Virus record (IMG/VR): IMGVR_UViG_2778261527_000008
Source of the DNA: a virus
Lineage: Duplodnaviria; Heunggongvirae; Uroviricota; Caudoviricetes
Length of the DNA: 35,461 nucleotides
Reading direction: 5' to 3' (one strand)
Below the pieces are notes generated by a model. That model did no database searches, was not told the DNA's origin, and saw only the letters and a list, made by a program, of their open reading frames with translations. A program made the position numbers and the translations under genes. This document shows, in pieces, positions 1 to 7,782 of this stretch (positions within the stretch are counted from its first letter, which is position 1; each line of letters opens with the position of its first letter).

Positions 1-21
1 ATGCGAGGGACAGTCGAAATT

Positions 22-351
22 ATGCGTTATCCCGTCACTCTTACACCCGCGCCGGAAGGCGGTTATATGGTTTCTTTTGTGGATATCCCTGAAGCGTTGA
101 CGCAGGGCGAAACTGTCGCTGAAGCGATGGAAGCGGCAAAAGATGCTTTACTGACCGCATTTGATTTTTATTTTGAAGATAACGAGCTTATCCCGTTACC
201 TTCGCCATTAAATAGTCATGATCACTTTATTGAAGTACCTTTGAGCGTCGCCTCTAAAGTATTGCTGTTAAATGCTTTTTTACAGTCAGAAATCACTCAG
301 CAAGAGTTAGCCAGGCGAATTGGCAAACCTAAATGTTGTAAACCCCAATAA
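22..351 (+). CDS. hicB: HicB-family antitoxin, C-terminally divergent/truncated (frame open from window position 1; first plausible ATG at 22)
   Basis: Translation MRYPVTLTPAPEGGYMVSFVDIPEALTQGETVAEAMEAAKDALLTAF... matches my recollection of the enterobacterial HicB N-terminal domain; ORF ends ...RRIGKPKCCKPQ* at 349-351 where canonical HicB continues into a DNA-binding C-terminus; GC content drops after ~334. Confidence 0.55.
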   Translation: MRYPVTLTPAPEGGYMVSFVDIPEALTQGETVAEAMEAAKDALLTAFDFYFEDNELIPLPSPLNSHDHFIEVPLSVASKVLLLNAFLQSEITQQELARRIGKPKCCKPQ

Positions 352-574
352 CTAAAATTTTTGCAATAAAAAGCCCCATCTCAAGGACAAGGCTTAGAAA
401 TCAACTAATTAACATAGTTTCCAGATCAAAAGGGTTATAATGAAATCCATAAAAGGTGATCTGTTAGCTGGGTGCTGTATATCTAAAATGTTACTTAATT
501 AATATCGTTCTGGTGGTTAGCTTTCATCGCATCCCACCAGTCTTTTGTAATCTTCATGCTATTGAATTTCATAG

Positions 575-1345
575 TTATTTGCACCCGTACTGGTCAACAT
601 AGATTTTAGAATATCCTTGTTTTTGTACTTCTAAGCGAATCATATCTTGATTATCACGCCACACATAATATTTTTTGTTATCCACTTGACCTTCATATTG
701 CATAGCACCATTCTGATGCGTCACGGTTTTTGTTTTTGCTTTATGTGCGTTATAATTATCACGATACACAAATTCAATAATTTCCCCGTCTTTTACTTTA
801 AGTTTAAGTTCACCAGAGTTATAACGAGGATAACTAGGGTCTTTAACTACTTTTGTTTCTACCCCGTCGTGGATTTCCCATTCATAGTGAACATCGCATT
901 GTAATTCCATATCGCCTGTAAATCCTTTTGGTTTCTCTTCAACCTTCGGTTCTTCTACCACTTTTTCTTCCTGTTTCGGTTGTTCTTCTTCAACCTTCGC
1001 AGAAGTCTCTGAAACGCTCCCTGACGCGGTTTCTTCTTTAGATAATACATTCATCAAGTTTTGGATTTGAGCGTTGTATACAGCCTCCAGTGGCTGAATC
1101 TGCCCGATATTGATCATTGTATCACGAACAGTTTTATTCCAGTTGCGTTGCTCTTGTTTAAGCGACGGGTCAATCTTAACAGCCTTAACATATACTTCAT
1201 GAAGTTTAGAATCCAGTGCGGAGATTGACTCATTAGAACAAATAAACTTCTCTGATTTGGTAGTAGCTTTAGCGCAATCAAAGGACGCAGCATTAGCACC
1301 GAAAGCAGTAGCAGAAAGCACGATAGCAGCGATAATGTTTTTCAT
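575..1345 (-). CDS. secreted protein with DUF1311/LprI-like N-terminal domain, Glu/Lys-rich linker and C-terminal beta-rich domain (moron candidate)
   Basis: 256-aa ORF; signal peptide MKNIIAAIVLSATAFGANA; FDCAKATTKSEKFICSNESISALDSKLHEVY resembles the DUF1311 signature; RBS AAGAGG upstream of ATG. Confidence 0.45.
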   Translation of the reverse strand: MKNIIAAIVLSATAFGANAASFDCAKATTKSEKFICSNESISALDSKLHEVYVKAVKIDPSLKQEQRNWNKTVRDTMINIGQIQPLEAVYNAQIQNLMNVLSKEETASGSVSETSAKVEEEQPKQEEKVVEEPKVEEKPKGFTGDMELQCDVHYEWEIHDGVETKVVKDPSYPRYNSGELKLKVKDGEIIEFVYRDNYNAHKAKTKTVTHQNGAMQYEGQVDNKKYYVWRDNQDMIRLEVQKQGYSKIYVDQYGCK

Positions 1346-1703
1346 TTTATACCTCTTTTGGTATGGACTGACTTTTAGATGCTTACTTTATTGATTTTTG
1401 ATATTTTTTCAATTATTGGGATGAGATTTAGTAATTAAATTAAGAAATTAATGCTTGACAAATTAAAAAGGTACTGTTCCACGGATGAAATAAAGGGAGT
1501 TTTCGGCACCCCGGTATTTGATACGCGTGTGAGATTTTAAAACGTGATCAGTGCAGTCCTAGCGCGGTCGCTACGCGACTATTAACCCACTTCCTAGCCC
1601 TTACCATTACTGGATCTTTCCCTTCGTTAGAATGCGATTTAGGCGCTTAGATTGTGCGTAAAACCAATAAATAAAATTACGCAAATTTAATGGAGGATAA
1701 CCA

Positions 1704-2258
1704 ATGAAAGAAGAATTAACCCTTACAGAAATTTCCCGTTTATACGGCTATTCATTGAATGGTGGCGCTAAGCGATGGATAGAAAGGGGATTGCCATTTA
1801 ACACCAATACCCGCCGCGTGCCAGCCAAAGAAGGAACAGAATGGGTCTTGAAAAATATTATCAACCCGCTTAAACAAACTTCTATCAAAGAACAAATCGA
1901 TGTAGAGAAATTACGCCGTGAACGTGCTTTGGCAGATGCAGCCGAACGAGAGAACCAGGAAAAAATGAATCTCCTGATTCCTGTCGGTTATGTAGAACAG
2001 GAACTAGCGGAATATTGCGGGAAAGTGAAGCAGACTATTTTGCAGATCGCCACAATTGACGTTTTGGAAGTTCTCGAATCTGCCACCGACCAGAAAACAT
2101 TGAAGAACAAATTAAGGGAGATCATCGAGCGTCGTTTAAATGAAGTAGGGGACTTGTTCGAAAATGCTGATTTGGGAGAAGACGAGGAAGAAGAATTACC
2201 ATTAATGGATGAACCGGAAGAAGAACCAGAAGAAGACGATGAATTTGATGTGTCTTAA
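1704..2258 (+). CDS. terminase small subunit, Nu1-like (winged HTH N-terminus, acidic C-terminus)
   Basis: 184 aa; N-terminal LTLTEISRLYGYS...WIERGLPF HTH-like segment, EKLRRE segment and acidic tail reminiscent of lambda Nu1 architecture; RBS GGAGGA; same strand as terL. Confidence 0.5.
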   Translation: MKEELTLTEISRLYGYSLNGGAKRWIERGLPFNTNTRRVPAKEGTEWVLKNIINPLKQTSIKEQIDVEKLRRERALADAAERENQEKMNLLIPVGYVEQELAEYCGKVKQTILQIATIDVLEVLESATDQKTLKNKLREIIERRLNEVGDLFENADLGEDEEEELPLMDEPEEEPEEDDEFDVS

Positions 2259-2359
2259 AATTTCTATACTAAATACATATGTGAAAGATGTTGAGCTGGT
2301 CAACGTCTACGGGGGAGAACATCCCCCGCTTAACCTTTTTCTTATTTGAGGATTTACCT

Positions 2360-2461
2360 ATGGTTGAATTTTTGATTTATCTTACTGTAGGATTAACTAT
2401 CGTATATTCACTGGCACATATTGGCATTTCTGCTGTGTGTAACGCTTTCAAGTATCATTAA
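2360..2461 (+). CDS. small hydrophobic peptide (33 aa), single TM helix
   Basis: ATG at 2360 with GAGGA RBS 7 nt upstream; MVEFLIYLTVGLTIVYSLAHIGISAVCNAFKYH; below the ORF-track size cutoff. Confidence 0.25.
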   Translation: MVEFLIYLTVGLTIVYSLAHIGISAVCNAFKYH

Positions 2462-2514
2462 TTAAATCGATGAATTGAACTATAGATGATGGTCGTGTTC
2501 AAAGAGGATTATCT

Positions 2515-2688
2515 ATGGATCTTTTTGTCTACTTTGCTACTCTGCTGTTTTTGACTATCGTCGCTGGCATTAAATTGATTTTTATATCGCTGGTGGTGTT
2601 TTTCAAATTTCTAATCGGTACGCCTTACGGCTGGGTATGCTTCTTTTTGTTTATTCTTTTTAGTTGCTGTAAAAAGGATACTAAATAA
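2515..2688 (+). CDS. small membrane protein (57 aa, two predicted TM helices)
   Basis: ATG at 2515 with AGAGGA RBS; MDLFVYFATLLFLTIVAGIKLIFISLVVFFKFLIGTPYGWVCFFLFILFSCCKKDTK. Confidence 0.3.
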   Translation: MDLFVYFATLLFLTIVAGIKLIFISLVVFFKFLIGTPYGWVCFFLFILFSCCKKDTK

Positions 2689-2846
2689 TAGTGTAATCTG
2701 CCTTTTCTCCTTATGGTTATTAACAGGGGATCTTCTTTGAGGATTCCCGATTAAAAGCCATAAAACACACTCCAGTACAGTGTTTTCATAGTCAGTGATC
2801 TATACAACACAAAAACATAACAAGTATAGATTGAGTATTAATCCTC

Positions 2847-2872
2847 CCGCCCCTTCGGGGCGGTTATTTTTC
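2847..2872 (+). terminator. rho-independent terminator (UUCG tetraloop hairpin + U tract)
   Basis: ccgcccc-ttcg-ggggcgg followed by ttattttt. Confidence 0.6.
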
Positions 2873-2948
2873 TGGCTTTAAAGAATAATGTAGCATTATG
2901 TTCATTATAACCTCATCTTTGTTGTGCAAACCTAACCTAAACTTACTA

Positions 2949-2974
2949 GGGACTCTTCGGAGTCCCTTTTTTTT
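2949..2974 (+). terminator. rho-independent terminator (second, tandem)
   Basis: gggactc-ttcg-gagtccc followed by 8 T. Confidence 0.6.
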
Positions 2975-3215
2975 ATGCAACAATTCGAAGTGTAAGTTTC
3001 TTATGTTGTGTAGGTTTAGTTTCATTTCGCCACTCAGGGAATACATGATCCATCATAACCGCATTAGTCTCATCAATCAGCTTTAAGGACTTTCTCAACG
3101 CCTTATTATCAGCTTTAAGAGTTTTAATCTCTGATTCCATCGCTACCATTCTTTCTTTCATTTTGGTAATTTCTAACATCAGATTACCCAGAAATTCTTT
3201 GTTTTGATTCATCAT
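2973..3215 (-). CDS. hypothetical coiled-coil protein (80 aa)
   Basis: ORF with GAGGGG RBS; heptad-like KxL periodicity; no recognisable catalytic motif. Confidence 0.4.
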   Translation of the reverse strand: MMNQNKEFLGNLMLEITKMKERMVAMESEIKTLKADNKALRKSLKLIDETNAVMMDHVFPEWRNETKPTQHKKLTLRIVA

Positions 3216-3230
3216 AGATTCACCCCTCTA

Positions 3231-4232
3231 TTAAGCTGCGTATGCGTAGGCGCTGTAGTTGGTGTCGTAGATAGCGTCATGCAGTGCCATCTGTGCTTCG
3301 CGGATCTCGTCTTCGTTTACTTCAATCTCTTCTTGTTCTTCTTCGGTATCTTCCCAAGTGGTTTTGAATTTAGCCATAAAGTTATTGCGCAGGGATTCAA
3401 AGTTAGTAACAGGTGCGGATTTTTCTTCAACCGGAACTACTACCGGATCAGCTTCTTTCTGTTCTTCCTGTTCTACTTTTTCACCATTACCCCAGCGATA
3501 GTTAAGGAGTTCTTCCAGTTCTTCATCAATGGATTTTTCTTCAACTGCTTCAACTTCAACCGCTGCTACTTCGAAAGTGGTTTCCTGTGCTGCCAGTTCA
3601 GCTTTCAGAGATGCGTTTTCAGCTTCCAGTTCAGCAATGCGTGCTTTCAGTGCTTCAACTTCGGAAGATTCAACCACTGCAACTTCTTCTTTAACTTCTT
3701 CAACTACTACCGGAGCAACTTCTTTCTGTGCTTCTTTTTTGCAGAAGAAGGAGGAAGTAACCTGTAATGCGTGGTTGTAGAAGGAACCGCCTTTAGCGGT
3801 GTTAACAGTACCAGAAACATCCTTTACAGTGGATTCGGTAGCAACAGTACGGAAGCGTTTTGCGACTTCCTGGGTCTCTACGCCGTATTCGTTACGCTTG
3901 CTCTTGTGATGCATTACAGCACGGAAGCCGGAAGCAGTTTTAACAACAGCCAGATAGTAAGTTTCATCGGCTTTAACAGCACGAGCGAAGCAATAAACGG
4001 ATTCACCTTCTACCAGTGTAGGTTTAACGTGACGTTTGTCGAAACGGTTAGTGATCTGCCATTCAGCACCGTCTTTGATGCCAGCATTCTGACGCATTTC
4101 GGTCAGAGTCTTACCGGATACTACTTCAAAGGATTTGTCTTGTTTGCTTGCTTTACCTTCCATGACGGTAATGTTCAGTTTGCCGTTGGATTTAATAAAC
4201 AGGTTGAAGGTGATGCGCTTAGAATTTTTCAT
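3231..4232 (-). CDS. hypothetical protein: basic N-terminal domain, coiled coil, strongly acidic C-terminal tail
   Basis: 333-aa ORF with GGAG RBS; EVEALKARIAELEAENASLKAELAAQ coiled coil; Glu-rich tail; family not recognised. Confidence 0.5.
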   Translation of the reverse strand: MKNSKRITFNLFIKSNGKLNITVMEGKASKQDKSFEVVSGKTLTEMRQNAGIKDGAEWQITNRFDKRHVKPTLVEGESVYCFARAVKADETYYLAVVKTASGFRAVMHHKSKRNEYGVETQEVAKRFRTVATESTVKDVSGTVNTAKGGSFYNHALQVTSSFFCKKEAQKEVAPVVVEEVKEEVAVVESSEVEALKARIAELEAENASLKAELAAQETTFEVAAVEVEAVEEKSIDEELEELLNYRWGNGEKVEQEEQKEADPVVVPVEEKSAPVTNFESLRNNFMAKFKTTWEDTEEEQEEIEVNEDEIREAQMALHDAIYDTNYSAYAYAA

Positions 4233-4349
4233 TTATAAATACTCCTGAATGCTGTGTTAGTTTTAATTGTTCATATCAAAAGCCTCCTTGCGCCAACAGG
4301 GAGGCTTTTTTATTTTTAAAGCCATCATATAATTCTCAGTGAAAGGTTA

Positions 4350-4532
4350 TTACCAGACCTCGGCGGTAATCTTTACTTTAATGTCATACTTCTTTAAGAG
4401 TTTGTGGAAGGTTGATTGATCAATACCTTCACCTTTAAACCATTCACCCATCACTACATCAGGTGTCAGTTCAAAATAACGCTTTGCCATTTCTAAAACG
4501 ATTTCACGAGTGAACTTAACAGGTCGTGCCAT
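4350..4532 (-). CDS. small hypothetical protein (60 aa), possible DNA-binding regulator
   Basis: ATG preceded by AGGAGG RBS; first gene leftward of the noncoding control region. Confidence 0.4.
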   Translation of the reverse strand: MARPVKFTREIVLEMAKRYFELTPDVVMGEWFKGEGIDQSTFHKLLKKYDIKVKITAEVW

Positions 4533-4874
4533 CTTATATCCTCCTAAATCTGGAATAATGATTTCTTAAAAAAGAGCTTTTCGCTCTGAACAATTCTATT
4601 TATAAAATGTTTTTCGAAAAACCCTGTAAAACCACTGTATATCCGATCAGTGGGAGCACGAATTGCTAAAGAGAAGATTAATAATTAATCAATTCGTACA
4701 TTATTCAATCGAATAAGCACTGTATGTTTAGCCAGTTCTGTATGAATTAACAGTGAGTCAGGGGATTTTCAGAAGTGAACAATCATTTCATGCATGTATT
4801 TATACACGAAAAAATCTTGCGTATCATCAATATGGGGATTGTTTCGAAAATTTCAACCCCTACCAACGAGAAAA

Positions 4875-4903
4875 AGCATAAAATAATCCTTGACAGTTGT
4901 CAA
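4875..4903 (-). promoter_or_regulatory. candidate sigma70 promoter reading leftward, embedded in palindrome TTGACA-gt-TGTCAA
   Basis: on minus strand -35 TTGACA (4903..4898), 17-nt spacer, -10 TATGCT (4880..4875); the palindrome could also be an operator. Confidence 0.3.
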
Positions 4904-5100
4904 TACACTTGATCTAAGCGAGAGATGACTATCAAAATTTTTGTGTGAAAATGGCGGATAACGATTATCAACCTTTATAACCTATTATAGCACGGCGACC
5001 TTTTGATAATTCTTTTTAAATCATGCATTTACGGCGATTTTTGGTGATTTTCTGGTTAAATAATATACAAGAATTTTCTATCAAAATTTTTGATGAAAAA

Positions 5101-5220
5101 CCTACACTACAAACCTACGCTTTAAAGGGATTGGCCTACACTACACTAGCCAGTAAACCTACACTATAACACCCTCAAACCTACACTATGAAACCTACAC
5201 ACCTACACTAACCCTACACT
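5101..5220. repeat. iteron-like direct repeat array, core CCTACACT (6 perfect + 2 variant copies)
   Basis: copies at 5101, 5114(var), 5135, 5158, 5180, 5194(var), 5202, 5213; three successive spacings of 21-23 bp; often preceded by AAA. Confidence 0.6.
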
Positions 5221-5408
5221 TCAATCTCATAAGTGTATGATATTGAAAGACATTTCACCCCACAGACCATAGAATATAAAATTCGAACTAACGTTCTCCT
5301 TTTTGCTCGTTTTCTCTCACTACGTTCAAGAAAGATCTCGCAAAAAGAATACGGCGTAGCCGTGCGCGAAGCGCCCATCAACACCTTCTAAGACCTGCAA
5401 GCAGGATT

Positions 5409-5561
5409 CGAAAGGGATTGGATAGTTCGCTTCGCTCACGTTCACGCCTACGGCGTTCACTCGCTTTTGAAAGGATTTTCTTAGAAAGGGATTTAATACT
5501 AGTTACTAACTGATTCTAGTAAACGAACGAAGTGAGTAACAATCACTTTCTAGAAAGGTAT
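5409..5561. repeat. second direct-repeat family GAAAGG(G)ATT (4 copies)
   Basis: copies at 5409, 5468, 5483, 5552 inside a GC-richer structured segment. Confidence 0.4.
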
Positions 5562-5799
5562 TGGTTATCCCTTCGGGATTGCAACCTTCGGTTGCTAAAT
5601 TGCTTCCTGATTATTATTTCTCCAAAAGAAAGATTCTTATATTCTAAAGATACTTCTTCGTTTTGATGATGATTTAATCAAACCATGAAGGAGGGCTTTA
5701 GCCCGACTGAATACAATCACCTTTCATAATAACAAGAATTTTCTCTTTATAAATAATAGTGAACTTACTTGATTCACTTTCTTTTAGAGGATTTCCACT

Positions 5800-6267
5800 A
5801 TGAACCATAAAATGACTACCACTACTCCTTTTATCCTTCTGGGTCTGGATTCTGATAGCTTCCACAATGACAAGTTAATGAAGATGTTCCGTGAACGTGG
5901 TTATAACATCCTTTTCAACTCTGATGAATCCCATTTCTCTAGTGCATGGTATGCGTTTTACCGTAATAAGAAGCCGACCATTGTAGTTAACTGCTTCACC
6001 GATGAAGAACGCTTAAAGTACCAGGATCTACCAGCAATTATTGTCCGTGATGATCTGCCGTTTCAAGTCCGTTCCGGTGACATTGATCTGGGTAGCTTCG
6101 TTACTGTCTATGAACTGGATGAAGCAATGTTTAACTACGGCAAAGAAACCGCTCAGGAAGCCCCAGAAGAAGATGAACAAGACGAAGATGACGACGACTA
6201 CGCACCAATCTGTTTTTCTTCTCAGAATGGCTTCTACGGTTACGACGAAGGCTTAGATATGCTGTAA
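5800..6267 (+). CDS. hypothetical protein with strongly acidic C-terminal tail (EEDEQDEDDDDY)
   Basis: 155-aa ORF, AGAGGA RBS, E. coli-like codon usage; first rightward gene after the control region. Confidence 0.5.
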   Translation: MNHKMTTTTPFILLGLDSDSFHNDKLMKMFRERGYNILFNSDESHFSSAWYAFYRNKKPTIVVNCFTDEERLKYQDLPAIIVRDDLPFQVRSGDIDLGSFVTVYELDEAMFNYGKETAQEAPEEDEQDEDDDDYAPICFSSQNGFYGYDEGLDML

Positions 6268-6302
6268 GTTAGGTCAACCCTTTGGCGTCTTGTCAAGGGG
6301 TA

Positions 6303-6331
6303 TTGACAAAAATTTCTGACTTTTTTATGAT
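6303..6331 (+). promoter_or_regulatory. candidate sigma70 promoter
   Basis: -35 TTGACA 6303-6308, 17-nt spacer, -10 TATGAT 6326-6331; upstream inverted TGTCAA at 6291-6296. Confidence 0.35.
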
Positions 6332-6389
6332 TGTCGCACTTGACAACTTTAAACCTATTTGACCTAGATTTGTAAATGGGGTGTTAATT

Positions 6390-6536
6390 ATGAACACTAC
6401 TAAGAAAATTGATGGACGTAAAACCCCGAACCGCAAACCGTGGACCCCAAACCTGAATTTCTCAATGGTTGACTTCCATGAACGCCAGCGTCGCATTCAA
6501 GAAGAAATTGATCGCGCGATTGCTGAATCTAAATGA
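6390..6536 (+). CDS. small basic protein (48 aa)
   Basis: ATG at 6390 with GGGG RBS; MNTTKKIDGRKTPNRKPWTPNLNF...; below ORF-track cutoff. Confidence 0.35.
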   Translation: MNTTKKIDGRKTPNRKPWTPNLNFSMVDFHERQRRIQEEIDRAIAESK

Positions 6537-6633
6537 GATAAAAACTTCTTATAAATAAAATTGTTCCGGTGATGCTGCCGGAACTAGGAGGATCAATATC
6601 ATTATCGCAAAACCGTTTAAGGGGAATTTAATT

Positions 6634-7440
6634 ATGAATACTGTTACTGCTATGAATACTACTAAAACCGCTTCCGTGTCTCTGGTTGTTGATAACACCA
6701 AACCGCTGACCATGTCTTCTCGTCAGATCGCTGAATTTACCGGAAAGAAACACTTTCACGTAAAACGCGACATTCGCGAAATGCTGATTACCTTAGAATT
6801 AGATGAATCCAAATTTGGATGCATCTTTTTTGATCAATATGGACGCGAGCAAACAGAATATCACTTGAATGAAGAACTGACTCTGACTCTTGTCACTGGT
6901 TACAATATCCAGATGCGAAACGCGGTTATTCAGGAATGGAAGCGACTGAAAGAAGAAAATGAAAAACTTCGCTCTACTCCGGTTAACCCGTATGCAGACT
7001 TTGAAGAAACCGACTGGATCGAACTGGCGTTAAAGAAAACTCGCGAGAACAAGCAACTGATTACTCTACATCATCGCAAATCCGTAGATAGCCATTCAAT
7101 GACGCGTTTGTTAGGTGCTAAAAAGGGCGCTACGAAGGTTAAAGAAGCACTGACGGCCTTACGTACTGCCGGATACATTGAGCGCGTCTATGATGAAAAT
7201 AACAAGCCGTGTGGGTATGTTGCTAATGATTCCGCGATACCGTTTTGCAGCATGAACGCTCACTATCAACTTTCTTTCACTGTTGATGTGCTTCCGGTGC
7301 TGGTTGAATTGGGTGTTCTTGAAGAAGAACAAAAAGCAGCTTTGACACTGCCTAAACCGAATAACACGATCATGATTCAGAATAAAGCGACTATCATGAT
7401 TCGTCAGAATGTTGGATCGCTAGAACACTTCGGACTGTAA
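6634..7440 (+). CDS. phage regulatory protein, Rha-family antirepressor-like
   Basis: 268 aa; N-terminal SSRQIAEFTGKKHFHVKRDIREML typical of Rha/ORF6N DNA-binding domain; AAGGGG RBS. Confidence 0.55.
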   Translation: MNTVTAMNTTKTASVSLVVDNTKPLTMSSRQIAEFTGKKHFHVKRDIREMLITLELDESKFGCIFFDQYGREQTEYHLNEELTLTLVTGYNIQMRNAVIQEWKRLKEENEKLRSTPVNPYADFEETDWIELALKKTRENKQLITLHHRKSVDSHSMTRLLGAKKGATKVKEALTALRTAGYIERVYDENNKPCGYVANDSAIPFCSMNAHYQLSFTVDVLPVLVELGVLEEEQKAALTLPKPNNTIMIQNKATIMIRQNVGSLEHFGL

Positions 7441-7448
7441 TAATTTTT

Positions 7449-7473
7449 GCCCCTGAATTTCAGGGGCTTTTTT
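7449..7473 (+). terminator. rho-independent terminator
   Basis: gcccctgaa-t-ttcaggggc perfect inverted repeat followed by tttttt. Confidence 0.6.
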
Positions 7474-7522
7474 GTATCTGTAGGTATAAAAAAAGCCAAC
7501 CCCGAAGGATTGGCCTAGAGAA

Positions 7523-7753
7523 TCAAATTCCTGTTGCTTCTACCATTTCACCATCAACCTGAACAAAGAATTTCAAATCAACTTTATGAAGGGATTTGTA
7601 TAGCTGGGCTATGGATAAGCCATGCTCATTTAATACCCGCTCTTTGTTCTCTTTACCTTTCGGTGCTTGATAGTACGCTTTTACAATCGCTGCCAGTTGT
7701 TCACGATTAAAACGGGCAGGGCGACCGCGAGTAGCTTTAGTAGTCATAGTCAT
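7523..7753 (-). CDS. small putative DNA-binding protein with AT-hook-like RGRP motif (76 aa from internal ATG)
   Basis: ORF track starts at a GTG; the ATG at 7753..7751 has a GGAG RBS; MTMTTKATRGRPARF... Confidence 0.4.
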   Translation of the reverse strand: MTMTTKATRGRPARFNREQLAAIVKAYYQAPKGKENKERVLNEHGLSIAQLYKSLHKVDLKFFVQVDGEMVEATGI

Positions 7754-7782
7754 TTTCTCCAAATTAAAGTGAATGTTCACCT

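Noticed and set aside
647-904. 85-aa + strand ORF
   Set aside because: Antisense within the secreted DUF1311-like gene; Phe/Ile-rich spurious translation.
3204-3767. 187-aa Phe-rich ORF on + strand
   Set aside because: Lies antisense to the better-supported 3231..4232 gene within its Glu-rich region; low-complexity composition and no RBS.
6293-6496. 67-aa minus-strand ORF overlapping the 6303 promoter and the 48-aa + ORF
   Set aside because: Overlaps a plausible promoter and a better-supported + strand small ORF with an RBS; no RBS of its own.
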